A DNA stretch of 63,345 nt, counting the filler, from Choristocarpus tenellus KU-1152 (taxonomy: Eukaryota > Protista > Phaeophyceae): NCBI GenBank assembly GCA_964200185.2. It is 12 parts of 12 records of this genome, joined end to end, with 100 filler letters (N's around TTAATTAATTAA, not from the genome) between each part and the next. Parts side by side here need not be neighbours in the genome. Positions count along the whole stretch, not along the records: positions 15,685 to 22,706 come from CAXNAD020006840.1; positions 22,807 to 26,653 come from CAXNAD020017591.1; positions 26,754 to 30,111 come from CAXNAD020020560.1; positions 30,212 to 39,344 come from CAXNAD020003958.1; 8 more parts are not named here. The stretch is one strand, 5' to 3'. This document shows, one piece after another, positions 20,665 to 33,400 of this stretch. Both the position numbers and the translations under genes were made by a program. The notes beneath the pieces were generated by a model, which did not search any database, was not told where the DNA came from, and saw only the letters and a list, made by a program, of their open reading frames with translations. The number at the start of each line of letters is the position of its first letter. The stretch's first letter is position 1.

Positions 20665-21550
20665 TCACTATTCCTTTATTTTGAAAACACGATTTTGAAC
20701 ACTTACGTCCCTTACCCTTGACAGCAGTGAAGCCCCAACAACTTTGTAGTAAATTTATTTTAAGATGAAACAAAGTCAGTATCCCAGTGAGTTACCGAGA
20801 ATGTCGTATGACGAGCGCTTCTGTAGTTACGTACAATGCTCCTTCATCTTTGAGAATATTGCCGCGGTGTTGCCAAACACACCGTTTATTTGATACAGTG
20901 TGTCATGCAAAAAACCCACAAAACAACCCGATATTCACACCATTAGAGGGTCTGACGGTCTTGAAGTAAGTGGAGAAAAAAAGAAGAGTTTTGTTGCGTT
21001 GCACATAAGTGATTTATCACATTGTACCATAAACATACATGCAAGAAAAACTAATCCATGGGAGTTAAAAAAAACGTTTCTGGTATATGAGTAAGGATCC
21101 AAAGGAGGACGTTTACTGGGCACAGAGGTGCCCAAGTTTATAGGGGTTTGTTTCCCTGCTCTACAAGGAAGCGAAACCGCATCAGATTTTCTTCTTTTTT
21201 ATTCCGTTCCTATGTATATACAGTTGTGATAGTCACATTCACGCCAAGGTATACCTTTAAAATAGTATATACCCCACAGTCTGTTTCCCCAAATGACACC
21301 AGCATTGCTTCCACTCAAGTAGAGAGAGGTCAATAGCAAGGAGACTCTGAAATGTGAGTGAACTCATGCACTTCCTCCTGGCAGAGTATCTCCCCCTCCA
21401 GCCTCTGGCTTTTGACCTGACCTTATTGTTCTTCTGTTCCTCTTTGACCAAAGACGACTGCTCACAAGAGACATTCCTTGTGTTCTGCACACATTTAACA
21501 TTTATCCAAGTCTCACGCTTCTTCTCTTTTGTGTTTCTGTATGAAATTTT

Positions 21551-21801
21551 GAGCCAATGTTTCTTTTAGAGGGTAGGGCCGCGTCCATATGGGGGTCAAA
21601 ATCCAATGTTGCGATTTTGATGTAATTTTGGCTATCGTGTTTGTTAGGAAGTGTCAATATCCTTGCTCTGGACACAGCTTTTCATAGCGTATACATTTTA
21701 CCTACTCCGAAACGTTTTGGAGTAGGAAAATGTCATCAAAAACCCCATGGGAAGTCAAGCCTCGAATGGACAAATAGAGCAAAACTCGTATACTTTCACT
21801 C
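21551..21801 (-). mobile_element. MITE family A
   Basis: Family A consensus in reverse orientation with a small deletion in one TIR. Confidence 0.88.
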
Positions 21802-22567
21802 ATTTCCCTGGGCAGGCGTCCTTGGGTTGAGGGTAAGGGTTAGGGTAGATTCATTGGATGCAATAGTGTGGTTATTATTTTAGGATTCGTTGCCATCGAC
21901 TTGTTGTCCGTTAAAAAAAAAAGAATTGATACAGGGCTATTTGGATCCAAATGGTGGGAGGTTTATTTAGGATATTCCTGTCGATGTTTCATAATTTCTT
22001 ATTTTCTAAATGATAACAGTACTAGTAGTATGAATAGCACACTGACAACAACAGTATAGTATGCTATGAAATCTACTTGTCTTCTTCGATGCTCATTACA
22101 GACATTATTGGTCGATTTCCTTGAATTTAACTCGTTTTCAATGCCCATCCTGTCTCAACCCCAAACCTAAAAATGTATTAAAACATATTATGATCGTAAT
22201 TCCAATTGCAGTCATAGCTACGGGTTGCCAAACCTGAAAAGGAAAAAAAACAAAGACATGTTATTATCCCTATGCCCATTTTACGGGTGAAACCGTCAAG
22301 ACAGGGAAACATTTCGGATACCCCTCTTGAACCTCTTGGTCCATTTGCCAATCAACAAGAGATCTCCCACCTTTACATCAGAGGGCCTTTTCTCATCACC
22401 TTCTAATACAATATATGTCTGGATGTCTCTTAGAGTCATGAATAGGGACGTGGGTTACAGGCCTCTGCACTGTACAACAAGAGGAAGCTACCATGAGAGA
22501 GTGAAAAGGGATGGTGTAAGGTTGATCTCATCAAATTTGCTCAGACAGTATAGGGTTTACGTTCTTT

Positions 22568-22706
22568 GACCCAAAGTATCCGGGAGGGGGAGGGGGTCTA
22601 GACCAGGGTGTCCATTTGGAACGAAATCAGGAGAAGTGCATTTACAGTATCCATCCGACGAACGCAACCAAATCACCCAAAAATTGCGAGATGAAAAAAT
22701 TGACCC
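22568..22706. mobile_element. MITE family B, truncated by the gap
   Basis: GACCCAAAGTATCCGGG terminus plus internal sequence. Confidence 0.85.
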
Positions 22707-23170
22707 NNNNNNNNNNNNNNNNNNNNNNNNNNNNNNNNNNNNNNNNNNNNTTAATTAATTAANNNNNNNNNNNNNNNNNNNNNNNNNNNNNNNNNNNNNN
22801 NNNNNNCCCCCTCACAACTCCACCACCCCCCCCCCAAGATACTTTGACCCAGCTGTGTATCAGACTCATAGACACGAGATATTTGGTGGGTGCGACTTGA
22901 ATATTAGGTTTTGGACCCTTGGTTTTAGTTTTGGGGTTCTGTATGCTTATGCTATATAATTACTCCTTTTTTTTTTACAGGTCGGGAGGTGCAGAGTTCA
23001 GGCCAGATCTGAAACATAATAGTACACCTTAAAGTCTGGAGCACTTTATTTATTGGTTGAACGGGTTCCTGTTGGTCACAGACTAGGCGACCAAGTCATG
23101 GAGAAGTGTTAGTGCAACGTTGATCTCCAACAATCTAAAACCTACGTAAATAACCCTCTCGCCCTCCAAA

Positions 23171-23614
23171 GAGCCAATTATCTTAGAGGGTAGGGCTGCG
23201 TCCATTTGGGGGTCAAAATCAAAATCCAATAGGCTCAAATATCTGGGGGGGGGGTGACGGCGGCCCACTTGTGGTCAGGTTTTTCATGTCACGATTTTGG
23301 GTGATTTTGTTGCATACGTCGGATGGATAATGTAAACGCAATTTTCCTGATTTCGGTCCAAATGGACGCCCTGGTGCATATCCCCCTCCCCCCCCAAAAA
23401 AATTTGGGTCATGTTGCGATTTTGATGTAATTTTGGCTATCCTGTTTGTTAAGAAGTGTCAATATGCTGGTTGCGGACACACCTGTTCATAAGGTATACA
23501 TTTTGCCTGACTCCGAAACATTTTGGAGTTGGTAAAATATAAAAAAAAAAATTGAAGCTAAGGACCAAATGGACAAACAGGGCAAAACTCGTACCCTCTA
23601 AGATACTTTCACTC
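23171..23614 (-). mobile_element. MITE family A with a nested family B copy (23232-23410)
   Basis: Family A sequence is split at AAATCCA-ATG-TTGCG; outer target duplication AAA. Confidence 0.9.
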
Positions 23615-25108
23615 AAACAGTGATATGGTAGCCTTGTCGAGAAAGAGCGAGTTACGGTCAGACTCAGATGGTGATGGTCATGGAAACCGCATTGCCCTCG
23701 AAAGGTGCACACAGTTCAAGGAGCAGGGGACATCAAACAAAAGTGGGAACATATATGGGGAGTGGTGAGGCCTACCTTGGCAGGTCAGGGGTTCACAACT
23801 CTGTGGGTGGAGCGCAACACAAGAAGGCAAGTCTTGATATGCAGTTAATCTTCATGAGCCAGTTTGATTGCAAAGTTGCGTATATCAGGGAGGATAGGTC
23901 GCAGTGGGGAAGGCTGTGAAATAGATAGGGTGCTTGTTAGAAAAGGGATCTCGTTGCAATTTGAGGAATCAACAAGATGTGTGATATTGCACAGGTTTTT
24001 CTAATGCGCAAGGTACTGACATTGGTTCAAGATCAGCAAGAATAAAGTGTCAAACGTTTAATAATCCTGCCGGATTATTGAAAGTAGTGCAAGAATTGGG
24101 ATCATTTCTCGCTGTTGTAAAATAGGTAACGCTTGTGTTGGAAGGACAAAATGTTTCCTCCTCTATCATACACCATACACATGGCATTTTTGGGGTCAAG
24201 CTCGTGACGTCACACCTGTGCTCCAACAATAATGTGGTGCACCTGCACCTGCATGTCCTGAATATGTGACAGTTACACATAGGAGAAACACGAAAAACGG
24301 CTGCAATTTTATGATAGGTTGCCAATATTCTGGGCGTACGGGGGGACAGCCTTACAGAGAGCAAACCACTCGGGAAAGGGTACACGTGGTGCAGAGACAA
24401 TGTGACTCGTGGTACTAGACTGGTTTTGAGCTGATGGATCGGTTGTGTGGCTACATCACTGTTGGGCACAGGTGGGGGGGGTGAAGAATATACGAATATG
24501 TGTGTGCACAATGCGTGTAACCTCATCAAAACATGTTATCTCTCTCCTGTCTCCAATTCTATTGTCAGATTGACTGCTCATTCAAAGTATGTGTCATATG
24601 GGGTGGATTTTTTGTCCAAGAGGTGTCCCATATGAGAACACTTCGAGACGTCTCTAGTCAATGACCACCTTTCTGTGGTACAGTTCAGTAGTAGCGTCGT
24701 CCTTGGACGGCTACGAATTGCTTAGGTCGTGAATGCACTGTCGTTGCTGTGGTTTATTTTTTGGTGTTTATAGACATATTTATAATGTTTTTTCTCATTC
24801 CCTACCACACACACATATATGCTCGGAACATGACGACAGGTCTACATGACGACATAATGCAGGTAGGCACTTCGACTGGGCTGATATCTGTAGAGTCTCT
24901 GAAGCGGTGAGAAAGAACTAAGAAGAACTTCGGACTGAAGCTTTTGTAGAGGTAAACATGGGCGACACACAGTCGCCATTCCAGCAAAATTCAAGCTCTA
25001 GCCCCTAGTAAAGTGGGAAGGAGAAAGGTACGTTGTCGTACTGTGCCTTGGCCTTGAGTGATTAGGGCAGGCTTCATGTGGTAAAGGTGAACACCATACT
25101 CAGAATAA

Positions 25109-25367
25109 GAAGTGAAAGTATCTTAGAAGGTACGAGTTTTACCCTGTTTGTCCATTTGAGGCTTGGCTTCTCGTGGGTTTTTTATGACATTTTCCCACTC
25201 CAAAATGTTTAGGAGTAGGTCAAATGTATACATTACAAAAAGGTATGCCCGAAACAAGGATACTGACACTTCCTAACAAACACGATAGCCACAATTACAT
25301 CAAAATCATAACATTGGATTTTGGCCCCCAAATGGACGCGGCCCTACCCTCTAAGATAATTTAGCTC
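25109..25367 (+). mobile_element. MITE family A
   Basis: Consensus match; ATAA on both flanks. Confidence 0.9.
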
Positions 25368-26393
25368 ATAAGATCAAATCCTTTTCAACTTTTGCAGCCA
25401 TTCATAAGAACATGTACAAGGTGGGTGTCCGCACTCGGTACGAAGTTCAAGTAGTGAAGTACCATCACTGCGGTCCAACCTAATGTTTCTATTTTGGCCA
25501 CCATATGTAGATATTGACATTATTAAGCAACTCGTTTGGTGATGGAAGGGTAGCAAATTTTGGTAAACCAAAGTAGTTAATGCCTCATAGGGGTCAACTT
25601 TCAGAGCATTATCTCTATATCTAAACGTTGAGCGTAGTCTTGCCTACTCTGTGCTATAGATGTTTCATCTCATGTGCAGTTTTGCAATATGATCCTTTCG
25701 TTGCAACCGGAGACGTGCGCATATCCAGAAGATGCAATGCGGGTCGTTGGTGACGTCGACGCTGAAGCTGGAACCTTATCGAGTGGGAGACGGATTAGCT
25801 GGTTACTTGACCTCGTTGTTTTGGGCTACATCGAAGCAGCAATCAGTAGCTCTTGGGTTCGGTGACATTGTCATCCCACACAGTACCTTCCTGAAGGAGG
25901 TGACACATAGGGCCTTAACATTAGTCTGATAGTCTTTAATGTTCGTGATGAACCATAGAAACCTCTCAACCTGGACATACTCGATGCATAGTTCAAGATT
26001 TTTTATTATATCGAACTCACCTGACGTGTGATAGCCTGTCCTCTTCAATCCGACAACTCGTACAGCTTCCTGATTGAATCAGACAGTTAGCGTCACCATA
26101 CCTCTTTGTGGATGTTTTCAACAGAGCAATCATGTCGGGTCTGGAACACCCTTGACCTAATCCCCCCCCCCCCATATCCCGCGTGTGTGATCTCTCTTTG
26201 TAGTTATCAACATCCTATCTGAGTTTTTATTAGAGTCAACTCTGAGAACAAGACCCATATCCTAGAAACAGCTGGCGAAGAAGCAAACGACCTCCTTCTA
26301 GTTAGGTCTGTGGTACTACAAGACAGAGTGTATAAGGGCTCACAACCTGATGTAAGTGCCTCAGTGAGACATTATGAAGGGGGTGAAGGCAAT

Positions 26394-26651
26394 GAGCCAA
26401 GTATCTGAGAGGGTAGAGCCGCGTCCATTTGGGGGTCAAAATCCAATGTTGCGATTTTGATGCAATGTTTGGTATTGTGTTTGTTAGGAAGTGTCAATAT
26501 CCATGTTCTGGACACACCTTTTCATTACTTAAATTATTCACCTACTCCGAAACATTTTGGAGTAGGAAAATGTCATTAAAAACCCCACGGGAAGCCAAGC
26601 CCCAAATGGATAAGCAGGGCAAAACTCGTACCCTTTAAGATACTTTCACTC
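26394..26651 (-). mobile_element. MITE family A
   Basis: Consensus match with both TIRs present. Confidence 0.9.
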
Positions 26652-27051
26652 CANNNNNNNNNNNNNNNNNNNNNNNNNNNNNNNNNNNNNNNNNNNNTTA
26701 ATTAATTAANNNNNNNNNNNNNNNNNNNNNNNNNNNNNNNNNNNNNNNNNNNNCTCCCCCCCCCCCCATGACAACACCTGCAAAATGTCATTGGCAAAGA
26801 AACTACAACAATAAAAATAGCAGTAACAATGATAACAATAGCAAATAAAATGATCATAAAATAATAATGATAACAACGGTAATGATAATAGAGGTAAAGA
26901 TAACGGTAAAAATAACAATTATTATTTTTACCTCTAACTTATTAGTGGCTCAGTTGATAAACCTCTAACATCGTCTTCTTGTTCTCTTCAGTAGAAAAAA
27001 CCCCGATTATGATAACAACACTAACAAACAATAATATCAACAGGGGCTCAC

Positions 27052-27219
27052 ATTGTTGGAGCGAAGATCTAGTCTGTACTTGAAGTTCAGGCCCTTGATG
27101 TGATTCTGCACTGAAGTCACCATACGACTCCATTCATGCTCCTCACCCTTAGTCAGGGTTGCCGCAGTGCTCCAGCCAAAGTTGTCGGCATCCTTGATTA
27201 GACCCCCTATCAGCGCCGC
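27052..27219 (-). CDS. Internal exon of a high-Mr thioredoxin reductase (or thioredoxin-glutathione reductase)
   Basis: 56-aa phase-0 AG/GT exon AALIGGLIKDADNFGW...HEWSRMVTSVQNHIKGLNFKYRLDLR, the segment that follows CVNVGC/KKLMH in TrxR. Confidence 0.85.
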
Positions 27220-27369
27220 CTTTGCCACACAGCAGAAGCAACAAAGAGCTATATAAATTATCGATATAATTACAATTTTAATAATACCATACACTGTTTC
27301 TCAAAAATACTGATACGAAAAATCGATTTATCAATAATAGTATATTGATATTGTACACATTTGGGGTTA

Positions 27370-27705
27370 CTACTGCACACACTATTTTTCTTTAAATACT
27401 TCAGAAACAATCAATTTAAAAATAGTAGTACGTTAGTTCTGTACACTTTTTTTTTTTTATATTTAATAAATAATAGATTAAAAAGTAATAGTACCTCAGT
27501 TCTGTACACTTTTTTTTCAATACTTCATAAGTAATCAATAAAAAATAATAGTACGTTAGTTCTGCACACTATTTTTTAAATACTTCATACAAAATCCATT
27601 ATAAAATAATAGTACTTTAACTCTGTACACTATTAAAAAAAAAAACTTCATAAACAAATCAATTTAAAGATAATAGTAGATTAGTTCTGTACATCGATTC
27701 TCAAA
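27370..27705. repeat. AT-rich minisatellite, ~61-bp unit x ~5.5
   Basis: Recurring AATAGTACGTTAGTTCTGTACACT core. Confidence 0.85.
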
Positions 27706-29898
27706 ACTACACTCAAAAATACACCCGTACAGTGCATATTAAAAATTAAATCAACTTCTTTTACACCATAGATTGAGCAGTACAAGCAAGCAAGAAGCGA
27801 TAACCAAACAATCAACTAATAAATAAATAAAATAGAAAAAAAAGAAATGGGAATGAAAAGGTGTCAAGGATTTGAACACAGGAGACAACAACATAAAAAA
27901 TCATCCACAAAACCACCACATTGTATCAAACGAAATATATAGTATATAGAGACAGCAAGTTTTCACTTGCTATATTTTTTTCATCAAATAAATTTAAACG
28001 ACACAAAAAAATATCTTGTGATGATCATGATTTGTTCGTATCAATTTATTCAACATAGCAATTACCATGTTTTTTTTCAATTGCACTAAAGTTAAAAAAA
28101 ATATATATATGAAAAAAACAAGGCATGCATTGCAGCCATAATACTACTGATGAAGCGCAAAAATACTTCTTTTTTTTTTAAACACTCACACGATAGATAT
28201 CTATCTGTCCACGGACATAGGTAAGGACACATGAAACAAAAACACAGGGATTCTTAGTGTTAGGGTTAGTAAGTGCAGTAGTACAACCACAACACCAATA
28301 AACATCGCTATGAACGACTGTGAACAAAGATAAGACCGTTCTCAACGGCCAAAATAAAAACCTATCAAGAGTGGAGTAGGCAACACCTGACTGGAAGAGC
28401 TTCCTCCACAACACACGACTTACTGATAGATAGTGCGGGAGGCAGAGATAATCAGCTCAGGGTTAGGGTTCGTGGGTTAAGGTCTTGAGGTTAGGTAGGA
28501 CCCGGCAACGGTCGTAGTACACATCAAGCAAAGGCTCCATCACAGTAGCAGTAGTGCAAAATGAAACAAATGCAGCTCTACAGTGTACGTGCGAGTTCCC
28601 AACCAACCGAAAGGACTGCCTGGCAAAAAAATAAACAAATAAAGAGTCTACATTTGGACAACACGCACGAGATTGTTGAAACCTTATTCAGAGTTTCTTC
28701 GCACCAGTCCGGAAGTTAGCACGACTGCGCTCTGGGCAGTGCCCGGAGCCGAACCGTGGCCCAGACACGCTGAAAGTGGCAATGGCCATGGACCGACCCT
28801 GTCAGAAACATTCCACACACAGACTGGTGCGGTTCAAACATGCCGAGCTGAACCACAATCTACAGGCTACACAGCAGGAACCGTAGTAGGTTCCTGCATC
28901 TGTTGCGTACTACCATACATTAGGGTTATGGTATAGTCCTGTGCAACACCCGGTACTGCGTATGATGTATTTGTAAAGATAAGTAAAAATAATGTACATC
29001 TACTATGCGGTAATGTCTAACCCTAACCCTAACCCTAATAACCCTAATAACGTGCATACACTATGTAGTGTCTTGAACAGCACCTTCCTGCACAAGGTAT
29101 GTGGGTGGAACCACTGGCGCCAACACAACCCCTCCAGACTCTAGGCACCAAACACTCCACCGATGTCTATTTATTCACATGCGTGTACATGTGTGTGTGT
29201 GTGTGTGTGTGTTTGTGCATGGTATTCATTCTACAAACAAGCAAACAAACAGGGTGGTGGGCATTTATCACTGCGTTGCAATGAGCAATAGCAGGGGACG
29301 GCTGCAGTTGATGTACCAGTGATGACAGAAGCAATGGCAACACTGATAGCTACGCACCAAGGGAGGCAGCCAGAACAGACCAACTCCACAGCTCCGACAG
29401 AGAAAGGCCTGTCCTTGTGAGTGGGCCCGTTGCATCAGTCAAAAAACACTTCCAATCAGCCTCTCGCATGTACAGGAAAGAGGAAGGAACTCAAGCACAC
29501 CCGAAAAGGATCTTACGATGTGTTGGATCTTACGATGTGTTGGCAGGCGTTACCGGGAATAGGCAGCCACTGAGCATCGAGGTGTCTCCTGTGTTTCAGT
29601 GTTTCAAGGTCATGAGTGATGAAGGCGGCAAGAATACTACATCCCCAAAGGCAAAGGGGGAAAAGGGAGAAATAAAAAAAGATTGTATGACATCACATAT
29701 CGGAAAAAGAAAAAAAAAATCAGAAAATTTCTTGTGCGCGGACCGGACGGATCAACCGGACCGGTACGCTGGACTCAGGTCATCCTGGAATTGGACCCAA
29801 CTGTTCTCAACACTTGGTGCGCCTGGGTCGGACATTTCGGAAATTGTTGGGACCGGTTCAGCCCGCGGACTGGACCGTTCGCATCCGCCTGTTCTGAC

Positions 29899-30111
29899 GA
29901 AAAATATTGGGACCTGTTTGGGGTCCAGACAGGGACAGATTCCGACACTTGATGGACCTGGTCCAGACATGCTAGAAAATGTTGGGACCTGTTCAGGGTT
30001 CAGACAGGGACAGATTCTGACGCTTTATGGACCTGGTCCAGACATGCCAGAAAATATTGGGACCTGTTCAGGGTTCAGACAGGGACAGATTCTGACGCTT
30101 TATGGACCTGG
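29899..30111. repeat. 75-bp tandem repeat x ~3, running into the gap
   Basis: Unit GAAAATATTGGGACCTGTTCAGGGTTCAGACAGGGACAGATTCTGACGCTTTATGGACCTGGTCCAGACATGCCA. Confidence 0.92.
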
Positions 30112-30815
30112 NNNNNNNNNNNNNNNNNNNNNNNNNNNNNNNNNNNNNNNNNNNNTTAATTAATTAANNNNNNNNNNNNNNNNNNNNNNNNNNNNNNNNN
30201 NNNNNNNNNNNAAAAAAGTTTGGCGCTCGTCTATGTGGTTACAACAAATAATTTCCCCGTTTTTTCCCCCCCCCCCCCCCCAAAAAAAAAAAAAAAAAAA
30301 ACTTAGTTTGCCTGGTTTTGTTGTTTAATCGCCCTCTATAAACCTTTTGCTGTCTGGCACGTGTCGCATGCCATCACCCACCCCCTATATCCCATCCAAT
30401 TTTCTTGCTGATTTTTTCTTTTTCCCTTCCCTGGCATTGACGGGGGACTCAGGCACCCCCAAGCCGTAGGGCAGGCTATGTGGTGTGCCGCCCACCTCGC
30501 CTGGGTGGGCACTTCCTTCGCAGCAGTTACGTCTGCCCTTCTCATGGCACACCACCTGTTTGCAGTGTGGAACGGGGACCGTCGACTGCGGTGAGCGCCT
30601 ATCGTCCCCTGACCCTTATCACTTCACAATGTCCAACCCAGCCACTCCCTAGCACGAAGCATCACACATTGTACCACCCCACCCCCTTTGTCTGAATTAT
30701 TTATGTAAGGTGTACATAATATGCTCATGCGACGGCACGAATACCTGTGGTTCTACATTTCACCGTGTTTTGACTTGAGCATGAGATGTTACTGCCTCGG
30801 GGCCTCTCCTGTGGC

Positions 30816-33400
30816 TTACGGTTCCTTAATTGACTGTTTGTGTGTATGTGCACTGTAGGACATTGGAAAAAAGTTGTCCTCCTTATGCGTAGTACAGCCC
30901 TTGCATAAAGGAGAGGTATTCCCCATTGTTACACCCTTGCCAGAGAGACCTCTTACCTGGTCTAAGCTGCTTGCAGAGAGCTTCGCCCTCGTAGAAATTC
31001 GTACCACAGTGGAGGTTGGTGACCCCGTGACCGCCAATCCTGTCCTTCACACCCAATCTGTGATGACATCCTCAGGGATAAGTATGGGGAAGCATTCGAT
31101 AAGGTTGCTGAACGGACGAGCATCCTTCCCTTCCAGGTAAGGGACTCACAGCATTGATAGTCGCTTTGAAACTTGAGGCTTGCACACGTTCTTGCCGCTG
31201 GTGGTACACACGTGGCATGCAGTAGATCTGTGTTTACTGCGTAGAGCACGGACAAGTAAAAAGAGTAAGATGTGATGCGCAGTCACTTGCATGTTTTGTG
31301 TGTTTGCTCTCGACAGTGTCTTTACACGGGCTCCTCCTGATTTCTCCACAATTTCTTTAAACCTCTCACTCAACTGGTAGATCCTGTTGACCAGCCCTAT
31401 AGAGGCATGTGGACATATTGTTGATACTAAGCGGTGTGAGTTGCATACATTGTACACCGGCTATAAATTGGTTCCCGTATTGGCCTACATACAGCCCGTT
31501 GGATGTTTCTTGAGACAGGTTGTACGTTCAAGTGTACAATGATAACTCTCTAGAAAAACCTATGCAGTGACGTGCTGAAGACATGGTGGTTAGGTATTTT
31601 GCTTCCTTTTGTCTCTCACGCCCAACCTTGTTCGATTGGTGTTTTGTCCAATTCGAGGTGCGTGAGTGTTGTCCTGTGAATTGTGTGAATTGTGTGGTGG
31701 AAGACAAAAAGAGTCTGGTATCCTGAACCTTGCCCCAACCAGCAGGGCGTGTGCGGAAAGAGGTTTGTTTTGGTCAAGTTGACCCATTTCAACTGTCGTG
31801 TGCCCTTTGTTGTATCTCCTTTTCAGCTGTGCGTTTTGGGGAGGTGCAATGCTCGAGTAATTTATTTGTTGTTGTTAATGGTGATGTAAATGCGTTTGTC
31901 ATTGGAAATAGACCTCTTGGGCTGCATGGCTCAAGCACTGCGTTTGTTGAGGATTTAGCTACATCAAACTAAAAAATTGCTCTTTGTCTATGCCCCTCTC
32001 TACGTTTCTAGGGTGTTGATGCATCGCAACATATTCTTAGGCATTGTTCTTGTCCTCAACCCTGTGATTTACGTGCTCCCTATCCAATTGTATTGACAGT
32101 CAGGTTAGTTAATGTCTTTCATAGTTACATGCATGGCTACATCCCTGACACTCAGGAAGTATATGCAAGAGTATGATAGTGTATATAGATGATGACCAGG
32201 CTCTGACTTGCTGGTGGTGTCACACATGTTTTGGAGCACTCAGTCCACAACTCTGGAGTGCATTTGACTGTTTTGTGGGTTGCGAGTACATTCAGTTTGC
32301 AGTAGCAAGCTATCACTATCTTCACCCCTTTTTTAATGTCATCTTCTTTAGTCAAATTGAAATAGGACCTTCAAACTCAAATCAAAATCTCCAAAACACA
32401 CGACTCTCTCAGTTTCTTTGTTGGTTGCATCCCCCAGGCTGTAATTGAAGGACGCCAACAACTGCCCAGCAACTTTGTGCAGGAGTTCATTCGGGGACCA
32501 TACCTGATCATCACTGGTGCGTCACAATACTGTACTGAATTAACTACTGCTTACTACCAGCTTCAGTGTTCCCGTACTTGCACAATCCTATTGACTCTTC
32601 ATTTCCGTTCAGTCTGAGAGGTTGTGCTAGATCCCTACAGTGTGATAATTGATTGATGGGCTTTCAAGTATTGCCACTCTCATTGACCCACACTTCTTTA
32701 AAGTAGAGGTGTAAACGTCTGCTGCCTTCTCTCAAGGAGTGAAAGAGGGATGTGGGGAACAGTGGCACTGATAATGCAATACAACCAATATGATACCCCC
32801 CCATGTAGTCATAGAGTGGAATTTAATTTTTCATTCTGCCTTGGACAGGAGTGGAGGTATATAATGAATGGGTGGAAGCCAGATAAGTATATGCAGATTG
32901 TTGTGCCATTGTGAGCAGTGGATGAAAGTGACCTAAGCAGGTAAGTATGTTTTGATAGAGCACATAATGAACTCCCAATCCCAGTCCTTCACTCCCTCCA
33001 CTGATGTGCGCCCACTACATGCATGTCTTTGCTCCAGGTGGCACCATAGGGGCGTATCTCGCACATCCTTTCATGCAAGCGGGCAGCTGGTCTTTGCATT
33101 GGTAGTCGTACAACTTGAGAGCATTGTTTAGTGGTGGGCAAGAGAGTATAGTGTTCTTGTCGCCAAAGTCTTGACTTCTACTGTGAAGTCTTGAAACACC
33201 ATGAAAAAATTCTTTGTGGCAGATAGATGTTGTGCACGGTGTTCAGCATCTTTCATGCAAGCTCAAATGCTGTTATCAAGCAGGGGACCTGAGTGATGTA
33301 CCCGTAGCATCGTATTTATGAGTAGAGTAAGAGAAGGTGGTATGGTTCTTGAGTATTGGGATCTCTGGTGCAGAACTGTTTCTGATAGTGCATTTTATCT
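30816..33400 (-). pseudogene. Probable decayed MULE/Mutator-like transposase
   Basis: Broken frames give LITAFE..KDAEHRA.HL (MULE-like), VCNSHRLVSTICPHA (SWIM-like) and CHVCTTSGKN (knuckle-like) in the expected order. Boundaries are approximate. Confidence 0.4.

Noticed and set aside
24050-26100. Decayed coding-like sequence around the MITE at 25109
   Set aside because: Many stops and no identifiable motif, so it cannot be assigned.
27370-30111. CRISPR-like arrays (61-bp and 75-bp periodic repeats)
   Set aside because: Whole units repeat without unique spacers, there are no cas genes, and the context is eukaryotic.
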